Below are positions 57,115-64,000 of a DNA stretch of 64,000 bases, one piece after another (the first letter of the stretch is position 1; every line of letters starts with the position of its first letter). Origin of the DNA: a virus. The notes under the pieces are model-generated. The model worked only from the letters and a program-made list of their open reading frames with translations, was not told the origin of the DNA and did no database searches. The position numbers and the translations under genes are program-made. Location of the stretch: the IMG/VR virus record IMGVR_UViG_3300045988_135886. The stretch is one strand, 5' to 3'.

Positions 57115-59363
57115 TAATCACATTTACTCCATCCACAATTCTTGCAAGTGTTACAGCCACCTTCAAAGACTAATTCTCCACCACACTGAGGACATTTCGC
57201 CTTAGAAACTGGTACAATTTTAGGTGTAATAACTTCTAATTCTTTTTCTTCAATATCTGAAAAACCTACTTCATCCATCATCTCTTCATACATTTCAAGA
57301 AGAGCATTTCCAATAGCTACAGGGCAACTGCTGCCTTTAGATGTATCGTGCTTAGTAGCTGTTCTAACCGCATATGATGGACAGGTACCAGAAGATTTTA
57401 ACTGATCTACTATGGAATAAACATCAATTCCGCCTCTAGCTGCCAAAGAAATCATTCTCGAAAGTCCAATCATAAAATTATTACACCCACCGGAAGACCC
57501 TTTACTGAAATAAGTTTCAAGCAACTGGCCATTGTCTGGATCAAAGAAAGCTTCACAATGGAGTGTTCCACAACCTGTCCTAAGAGTTCTCTTTTTGCCA
57601 ATGCAATTATCATCTGCTTTGATGATCATTCCTCTTTCTAATCTGTGAGGTTTTTCTACAATATCTTCTACATTCTCTTTAATAGTAAGAATACCTGCAC
57701 GTTTACATCCATCTCTAAAGATAGTTACACCTTTTAATCCTGCATCCCATGCAGTCATGTATAATCCTTCCACCTGTTCAACTGTAAAATCATTTGGAAC
57801 ATTAACAGTAGAACTGATAGATGCATCAATGTGTGACTGCCAAATACTTTGCATATAGATTCTGTTCTTATAATCCAGTGTCTGAGCTGTTACAAAGTAA
57901 TCTGGTAATTCAGAATCATCTTTTAATCCATGTTTATCCATATATTCTTTTACAATTGAAGTGTAGACTTTATAATATTCATCATGACCTTTAAGAGACT
58001 CTGTTTTTCTTGTATAGTAGTTTGCAAAAATAGGTTCAATACCACCAGACACACCAAGCATAGTTGAAAGAGATCCAGTTGGTGCAATTGTAAGTAACTG
58101 AGAGTTTCTAAGTCCAAATGATTCTACTAATTCTTTTGTTTCTCCTAATGCATTTTTACTATAAAACGCTGATTGTTCTACCGCTTCTGGTTTATATTTA
58201 GGATATACACCATATTCTTTTGCTAACACAGCAGATGTTTTAATTGCCATATCTGCCATAGTATGTCCAATCATGTCACATAAATCAATGGCTTCTGGAC
58301 TACCATATTTAATTCCCAGTTTAATAAGCAAATCGGCAAGACCAAAGATTCCAAGTCCAATCTGTCTCCAATCATATACAGATTCTCTTTGTTCTTTTAA
58401 TGGATGGAGTGGAAGTCCTTCATCTAATACTTCATTTAATGCAATAACAGACGATTTGACACAATGCTTAAAACTCTCAAAATCAAATCCTGTATCACAT
58501 GCAAATTCAGCTAGGTTAATGCTACCAAGAAGGCATGAACCTCCCGCTGGCAAAGGTTCTTCTGCGCATGGATTTGTTCCTGCATATTCAAACTCATCAT
58601 CACAACTAAGTAAATTCCAGTTATTGATTCTGTCCCAGAAAAGCATTCCAGGTTCAGCATAATCCCAGTTCATTTCACACATTTTATGAAACATTTCATA
58701 TGCATCAATTTCTTTAGTGATGGTTTCTCCTGTTTCTAACCTAGTAAATGATAAAGTAAATGGAGTTTTATTCTTTACCGCAGCCATAAACTTGTCTGTA
58801 ATTCTAATAGAAATATTAGCTTTTGTGACTCTATCAAGGTCTGATTTAATACCAATAAACTCTTCTAAGTCTGGATGCTCACATGAAAGACTAAGCATTA
58901 AAGCTCCTCTACGTCCCGCTTGCCCGATTAATCCAGTAACCATAGAATATAAGTCCATAAATGATACAGAACCAGTTGTTTCTTTAGCGGCATTATTGAC
59001 CTTTGCACCTCTTGGAGATAATTTACTAATATCAACTCCACATCCACCACCATAGCTATATGTACGAGCAAGTTTTTTAGCGCAGTCAAAGATACTTTCA
59101 ATATTGTCTTCCGGTGGTTCAATTACATAGCAATTACTGAGACTAATTTTACGTCCTTTATTCTCAAGACCTCTATTAGCAAGAATGCGACCTCCAAATA
59201 AGAACTTTTTCTCTTTAATTAAATTAGCAATTTCTGAATTTCCACCAGATACACGATTAATCCACTCATCAAAAGTTTCATTTTCATATCTGTATTTTCT
59301 TTCCCAAATATCTTGTCCTAATTGATTCTCTGTTCCTAACCATTCCTGTACTGTCATACACAT
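57114..59363 (-). CDS. nrdJ: class II (adenosylcobalamin-dependent) ribonucleotide reductase
   Basis: GTNPCAEEPLPAGGSCLLGSINL active-site pattern. C-terminal zinc ribbon CPQCGG...CNTCKNCGWSKC. The start may be the third codon (ATG at 59357), which has better RBS spacing. Confidence 0.8.
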   Translation of the reverse strand: MCMTVQEWLGTENQLGQDIWERKYRYENETFDEWINRVSGGNSEIANLIKEKKFLFGGRILANRGLENKGRKISLSNCYVIEPPEDNIESIFDCAKKLARTYSYGGGCGVDISKLSPRGAKVNNAAKETTGSVSFMDLYSMVTGLIGQAGRRGALMLSLSCEHPDLEEFIGIKSDLDRVTKANISIRITDKFMAAVKNKTPFTLSFTRLETGETITKEIDAYEMFHKMCEMNWDYAEPGMLFWDRINNWNLLSCDDEFEYAGTNPCAEEPLPAGGSCLLGSINLAEFACDTGFDFESFKHCVKSSVIALNEVLDEGLPLHPLKEQRESVYDWRQIGLGIFGLADLLIKLGIKYGSPEAIDLCDMIGHTMADMAIKTSAVLAKEYGVYPKYKPEAVEQSAFYSKNALGETKELVESFGLRNSQLLTIAPTGSLSTMLGVSGGIEPIFANYYTRKTESLKGHDEYYKVYTSIVKEYMDKHGLKDDSELPDYFVTAQTLDYKNRIYMQSIWQSHIDASISSTVNVPNDFTVEQVEGLYMTAWDAGLKGVTIFRDGCKRAGILTIKENVEDIVEKPHRLERGMIIKADDNCIGKKRTLRTGCGTLHCEAFFDPDNGQLLETYFSKGSSGGCNNFMIGLSRMISLAARGGIDVYSIVDQLKSSGTCPSYAVRTATKHDTSKGSSCPVAIGNALLEMYEEMMDEVGFSDIEEKELEVITPKIVPVSKAKCPQCGGELVFEGGCNTCKNCGWSKCD

Positions 59364-59368
59364 TCTCC

Positions 59369-59794
59369 TTAATCGTAATAATTAATAATATAATCAACAG
59401 CTTCTTCAAGAGTATCAAACACTACATCACAATCTTCAGGAAGCCATTCATATACATTCTGTTTCCCAAATCCAATAACAGGTATCCCTTTATCAACTGC
59501 ATATTGTAATTCCTGTCCAGTTCCCACAGAATTTTCAGTATTATTAAGGTTTACTAAAATCAAATCACTATTGGCGATGAGATACTTTATATAGAAATTT
59601 TTTGTCTGCTTGGCTGTAATAGATTTAGAGCCATCTCTAGGAAAATACTCTGTTGGATCATATAAGTGATATGCAATAAGATCTAAATACTTTTGTGCTA
59701 AAATAAATCTCTCAAAAGCTTCATTCCTCCAAGATGTCCCTTCATCAACTAATCCTTTGCAAGCACCAGCTAAATAAATATTTAATCTTTTCAT
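59369..59794 (-). CDS. nucleoside 2-deoxyribosyltransferase-like protein
   Basis: NIYLAG...SDLILVNL...SVGTGQELQYAVDKGIPVIGF pattern. Confidence 0.55.
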   Translation of the reverse strand: MKRLNIYLAGACKGLVDEGTSWRNEAFERFILAQKYLDLIAYHLYDPTEYFPRDGSKSITAKQTKNFYIKYLIANSDLILVNLNNTENSVGTGQELQYAVDKGIPVIGFGKQNVYEWLPEDCDVVFDTLEEAVDYIINYYD

Positions 59795-59795
59795 T

Positions 59796-60032
59796 TTATT
59801 CCTCCATCATATATTTAATAAACAAAGCTGCATCATCAGGGTTCTCACAATGCAATTCAAGAGTATCTAATAAAGTGTCCCCTGACTGTACCAAAGCAGT
59901 TAAAACAAATCTGCATAACTGACTGTTAAGGACAATATTGTCACCTTCCGGTGAGACAATATCTACTCTTCCTTTACATTTATCTACTACTTTAAAAAAT
60001 GATTCAAAATCTTTAATTCTATTAATTTTCAC
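59796..60032 (-). CDS. hypothetical protein
   Basis: GTG start after an AAGGAGG RBS. Confidence 0.6.
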   Translation of the reverse strand: MKINRIKDFESFFKVVDKCKGRVDIVSPEGDNIVLNSQLCRFVLTALVQSGDTLLDTLELHCENPDDAALFIKYMMEE

Positions 60033-60050
60033 TCTTGTCCTCCTTATCTC

Positions 60051-60404
60051 TCAAATCATCTTTTCTAAACATACTGCGTAATCAACTTTTCGTGAAATTT
60101 CATTGAATACTACATCCTCAGATACTTTGCCAACATACCAAAAATAAGGACTAATACCTTCGTTCATTTTTTCTGCTAATTTATCTGCTCTTTCCTGGTG
60201 CTCATATGCTATATTGCCATATTTAAGTTTCTCTGAATCCCATACAGTATTCCCTATTTTTGTTTTAAATGTTAAATATGATTCATACTCTTTAATATAT
60301 TCTTTAACTACCGAAAGCATTTTAGGGATATTTTCTTCTAGCACTGGATCACCAATAAATTCCACTGGATACACGACAATGATGTTGATATGTGGCGGTT
60401 CCAT
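60051..60404 (-). CDS. hypothetical protein
   Basis: 117-aa ORF in the co-directional gene array. Weak RBS. Confidence 0.55.
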   Translation of the reverse strand: MEPPHINIIVVYPVEFIGDPVLEENIPKMLSVVKEYIKEYESYLTFKTKIGNTVWDSEKLKYGNIAYEHQERADKLAEKMNEGISPYFWYVGKVSEDVVFNEISRKVDYAVCLEKMI

Positions 60405-60457
60405 ACTAGCAACTTCTTTTACACAAAAGTTTTTGTCATCTAAAACTATTATTTTAG

Positions 60458-60730
60458 TTACTTCCCTTCTACTAATTCAAATTCTTCTTTAAATTCTTCG
60501 TCTGTATAGCAACTCCATGTATAATCTTCTAATCCTAAAACATACCACCGATTATAGAAGTAATATGATCTATACCAACCAAGATGTTCAACAATACAAT
60601 GCCTGTCATTATCTTCTTTGATAAATATATGTTCACCATCAATATTAGGCTCAAATATTTTCAAAACTTCTTCTCGATTTTGTTTTGTTAAATATATACA
60701 TTCATATTGTTCTTTCCTCACACATTTCAT
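60458..60730 (-). CDS. hypothetical protein
   Basis: AGGAG RBS. Confidence 0.65.
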   Translation of the reverse strand: MKCVRKEQYECIYLTKQNREEVLKIFEPNIDGEHIFIKEDNDRHCIVEHLGWYRSYYFYNRWYVLGLEDYTWSCYTDEEFKEEFELVEGK

Positions 60731-60914
60731 TGTTGTCTCCTATAAATAATTGAAAATCATTAGCTTCACAACAAGCTGCTTTATATAGAGTAGCCATAGA
60801 AAATACTTCTCCTGGCTGGAATCTATCTACTTCTTTGTATCTATAACAGGATTCTTTTTTAGGACAATCCACTAACTCTCCTGCACAGAAAGTAATATCG
60901 TGACTAAACGCCAT
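60702..60914 (-). CDS. hypothetical Cys-containing protein
   Basis: ATG at 60914 after a GGGAGG RBS. Sequence starts MAFSHDITFCAGELVDCPKKESCYRY. Confidence 0.55.
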   Translation of the reverse strand: MAFSHDITFCAGELVDCPKKESCYRYKEVDRFQPGEVFSMATLYKAACCEANDFQLFIGDNNEMCEERTI

Positions 60915-61101
60915 AATACCCGCCTCCCATCGGTTCATTAATAAATTCATCTATTGATCTATAGTCTTTAAGCATAGCAATTGCTCTACATAAGATGCCT
61001 TCTATTTCACAATATTGAGCACTATCAGCAATATCTGATAATCTATCAATCACCTGTGTAATTGTCATATTCTTATATGATGGCTCTTTGTATTCATCCA
61101 T
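60904..61101 (-). CDS. hypothetical protein
   Basis: AGGAGG RBS. Confidence 0.65.
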   Translation of the reverse strand: MDEYKEPSYKNMTITQVIDRLSDIADSAQYCEIEGILCRAIAMLKDYRSIDEFINEPMGGGYYGV

Positions 61102-61112
61102 ATTTATACCTC

Positions 61113-63272
61113 CTAAAAATCAAATTTCTTGTTACATAATTCATCTAAATCATCCATAAGATAAGTTTGTCTATGGATAATCTGTTCTTTAGTAATTGCG
61201 TATTGCAGAGCCTTAGTCTGAGCACATAGTATAAATTTTTTACTGGCTCTAGTAATCATGGTGTATAAGAGTTCTTTATTAAGCATAATAAACATTGAAA
61301 AGTCTATTCCTCCAATAACTGTATCAAACTGACTTCCTTGAGCTGAATGACAAGTTATTGCATATCCAAGCTCTATATAAGGAGCATGTGATTTAGGTAC
61401 TTCTACATAGCCAATTCCTTGAAAATCTATCAGGATATAGTCATTTTTTATATCTTTTATGATGCCTAAATTCCCGTTGAAAATATCTACAACTGAACCA
61501 TCAGAATTAATTATCTGGTACTTATTCTGTTTGTTTATAACTTTATCTCCTACTTTTAATACCCATTGAACTACTCCACTTTTCATAATTTTGTATTGCT
61601 TTTTTGATTTGGGGTTGTATATCTGTTGAGCTATATGATTTAAAGAAGCTACTGAAGACACTCCTTGTTTACAAGGAACAATGATTTGCACATCCAGAAT
61701 AGATTTAGCATGTTTGATTTCTTCTTTAAAATACTGCACTATATTATGATATGTATTAGATTTATCAGTATAGCAATTAAGAATCATGTCCTGAAGTTCA
61801 CCTCTTGTTTCTTCTCCAGTCCACCCATCAGAAGTTAATTGTTTTCCTTGTCTCACTCGAATACTTTCAGTAATAATCGCTGATTTCTGAGCTTGTCTAT
61901 GAATTTTATCAAGGAAAATTGAAGATATATATTTAGATTCAAGCATATCAGCAGCTACTGCACAGGAACCTATAGATTCTAGCTGCCCCACATCTCCAAT
62001 AAAGATTACTTTTGTTCCAGTAGCACACGCTTTCAGTAATTGCTTAAAAAGATAACCATCAATCATAGACATTTCGTCCACTACAATAATGTCATAATCT
62101 AAAGGATCATACTCATAGTCAAATGGTGTTCTTGGATCTCCATATTTGAGTTTGAGTAACTTATGAATTGTTTGACTTTCTTTACCAGAAGCTTCACTAA
62201 TTCTCGCCGCAGCTCTTCCGGCTAAAGCTACTGTTACACTTTTATAATCTTGCAGGATAGTAAGAATACCATCAATAATACTCGTCTTACCTGTTCCGCC
62301 GTAACCGGAGATACAGCATAACTGATTATCGAGAACCATTTTAATACCCTCAAGCTGTTGCTCTGTATAATCCCATCCTTGAGCTTTTTCTTTCTTTTTA
62401 ATTATCTCTAGCCAGTTACTATACTTAAATTTATTAGGGGCATTTTTTAATCTTACTAAATGTTCAGCTATCGAATATTCTAAGTCATAATACCATTTCA
62501 ATCCTATCTTAGTTTTTTCTTTATTCCATACAATCATTTGGGAATCTTGTAAATCATGTATCGCTTCAGCGATATTCAAATCAGGTACTTCTTCTCCTAT
62601 TTTATCTATTAACTCTTGCATGATTTCTTCTGAATAACTAAATGATTTTCCATTCTCTCCTTGATTCCTTAGAAACATTTTAATACAAGTTTCAATCCGA
62701 TCTATACCATAAGGATCAGCTCCATTCTGCAGTGCTATATCATCGGCTGTTTTCCAACCTATCCCTCTTATGATTGTCAAATCATATGGATGATTTTTTA
62801 CTACATCAACGGCTTTATCTACATCTTCATGATAGTATTTAATAATCTTTTCTATCAATTTATCAGTAATAGAATATCTGGCTAAATCAATATAAGCTTT
62901 GTGTTTGTCATAAGTATCATTAAATTTCTCAATCCACTTAGTAGCTACGTTAGGGCCACATCCTTTAATTTTTGTAAGTTCTTTTACGTTCCCTTCTTTT
63001 AAAGCTAAGTAAGGATTATCTAAAGTCTCATACATTCTTTGTACATGTTTGGGGAATAGTTTGCAGAGAATATATTTTTGACCTCTAATATCAGTTTCAG
63101 CTAAATCATTATTCATAGAGCTTTCAAGAATACTAATTTGCTCTCCCCAGGTGGGGCTATAATCCATTTCACCTTTTATGTCGTAAACTTTTCCTATAAT
63201 AGGCGTATGAATATTTCCTTTAATACAATATCTCATGCCTTTTGTAAGATTTCCTACAGTTATTTCTCTCAC
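61113..63272 (-). CDS. RecD-like SF1 DNA helicase
   Basis: Walker A SGYGGTGKTS. Walker B IIVVDEMSMID. AITCHSAQGSQFD motif. HhH-like N-terminal region. The start codon is uncertain (GTG with a weak RBS). Confidence 0.8.
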   Translation of the reverse strand: MREITVGNLTKGMRYCIKGNIHTPIIGKVYDIKGEMDYSPTWGEQISILESSMNNDLAETDIRGQKYILCKLFPKHVQRMYETLDNPYLALKEGNVKELTKIKGCGPNVATKWIEKFNDTYDKHKAYIDLARYSITDKLIEKIIKYYHEDVDKAVDVVKNHPYDLTIIRGIGWKTADDIALQNGADPYGIDRIETCIKMFLRNQGENGKSFSYSEEIMQELIDKIGEEVPDLNIAEAIHDLQDSQMIVWNKEKTKIGLKWYYDLEYSIAEHLVRLKNAPNKFKYSNWLEIIKKKEKAQGWDYTEQQLEGIKMVLDNQLCCISGYGGTGKTSIIDGILTILQDYKSVTVALAGRAAARISEASGKESQTIHKLLKLKYGDPRTPFDYEYDPLDYDIIVVDEMSMIDGYLFKQLLKACATGTKVIFIGDVGQLESIGSCAVAADMLESKYISSIFLDKIHRQAQKSAIITESIRVRQGKQLTSDGWTGEETRGELQDMILNCYTDKSNTYHNIVQYFKEEIKHAKSILDVQIIVPCKQGVSSVASLNHIAQQIYNPKSKKQYKIMKSGVVQWVLKVGDKVINKQNKYQIINSDGSVVDIFNGNLGIIKDIKNDYILIDFQGIGYVEVPKSHAPYIELGYAITCHSAQGSQFDTVIGGIDFSMFIMLNKELLYTMITRASKKFILCAQTKALQYAITKEQIIHRQTYLMDDLDELCNKKFDF

Positions 63273-63367
63273 TGTTGCATAAAATATGCCCCAGTGAGTA
63301 GAATCATTATAGTATTTTTGCTCTTCTAAAAGACCTTTGAACTGTACCTGTTCAACTACAGTTTCTA

Positions 63368-64000
63368 TTATCCTTCACCAACTTTCTTTCTATCTGTTTG
63401 AGCCAATATTGTTCCATCATTGTAAATTTCCTCAATTCTATTAGTTGTATGAGTATAAACAGTGTCTGCATATTTCGTGACAACAAATTGATCCTCACGC
63501 CTATAACCACAAACAATGATTTTAGAACCTCTTTTAAACCAAGACTCTTCCAGAACTTTTTTCTTGCCTGCAGGTGTCTGCTCAGAAATTCTTTTATTAT
63601 AATAACTATACTGACCTTTGTTATATTTACAGGTCACTACACCATGATTAGTGAGTAAAGTTACCAAATGTTTGTTGTTATCAGAATCTAAAACAGTTCC
63701 AGCTAATCGAACAATCTGGAATTTAGGAGTATGCTTAATTTCTCCTCGTATTCTTCTCGTAATATATTGATATACGAGAGGAGTTTCAGAGAGTGAATTA
63801 TAATCAACTACTCCATATTTTGGCTCATTCAAATTCCACAACTCATGTCGATCCGGGTAATAGCTTAATGATTCCATATCCCATTGTTCTAATGATCCAG
63901 ATGCATAAGATTCCATTGTTGAGTCAAGTTTTTTCTGGTTATATAATTGAAGTGTCTCAGGTAAAGCCATATAATCTTTCAATGGTTGGATAAGAGCGTC
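63368..64000 (-). CDS. C-terminal part of a larger replication-module protein (5' end lies outside the window)
   Basis: The frame stays open upstream of the listed TTG to the window edge. An OB-fold-like segment (FQIVRLAGTVLDSDNNKHLVTLLTNHGVVTCKY) suggests a polymerase or ssDNA-binding C-terminus, but this is not established. Confidence 0.4.
   Translation of the reverse strand, partial: DALIQPLKDYMALPETLQLYNQKKLDSTMESYASGSLEQWDMESLSYYPDRHELWNLNEPKYGVVDYNSLSETPLVYQYITRRIRGEIKHTPKFQIVRLAGTVLDSDNNKHLVTLLTNHGVVTCKYNKGQYSYYNKRISEQTPAGKKKVLEESWFKRGSKIIVCGYRREDQFVVTKYADTVYTHTTNRIEEIYNDGTILAQTDRKKVGEG

Noticed and set aside
1-64000. Stop-codon reassignment or an alternative genetic code.
   Set aside because: Very long ORFs (up to 2870 aa) are intact under the standard code. 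Genes end at all three stop codons and are followed by sensible intergenic signals.

Overview
This window is a visibly AT-rich stretch of a large temperate tailed-phage (siphovirus-type) genome. Its Shine-Dalgarno sites (AGGAGG-like) and hairpin plus T-run terminators are typical of Firmicutes/Clostridia. There is no rRNA, no CRISPR array and no intact tRNA.

Layout:
- 1-24.5 kb (+): tail module. It holds a putative tail tube gene, a DUF1064-like nuclease, chaperone candidates, a tape-measure protein (TMP) that appears split in two, the distal tail protein (Dit), and a 2117-aa Tal with a C-terminal S74 chaperone domain.
- 24.5-45.8 kb (+): two holin-like genes followed by about 20 kb of fibre and receptor-binding genes. 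These include a 2407-aa multidomain protein, two paralogous fibres, and two glycine-rich proteins.
- 45.8-50.8 kb (+): a small protein, an intein-interrupted radical SAM/SPASM enzyme, a GH25+CHAP+2xSH3 endolysin, and a membrane protein.
- 51.1-53.0 kb: an attP-like region (a tRNA-Arg 5' fragment flanked by 11-bp arm repeats), a tyrosine integrase, and an excisionase-like HTH protein.
- 53-64 kb (-): nucleotide metabolism and replication genes. These are a guanylate-kinase-like protein, a divergent ThyX-like protein, an HPr/Crh-like protein, dUTPase, class II RNR, a deoxyribosyltransferase-like protein, a RecD-like helicase, and many small ORFs.

Most interesting observations:
1. A 52-cysteine CXXX-repeat module is fused to a glycine-rich fibre protein. 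A radical SAM/SPASM maturase-like gene lies two genes downstream, and a LAGLIDADG intein splits its CX3CX2C motif.
2. A group I intron-like ribozyme core sits directly after the first TMP piece. It heads a 2.5-kb island of small bidirectional genes that separates the two TMP pieces.

All functional calls come from motif recognition by eye. No database search was run.
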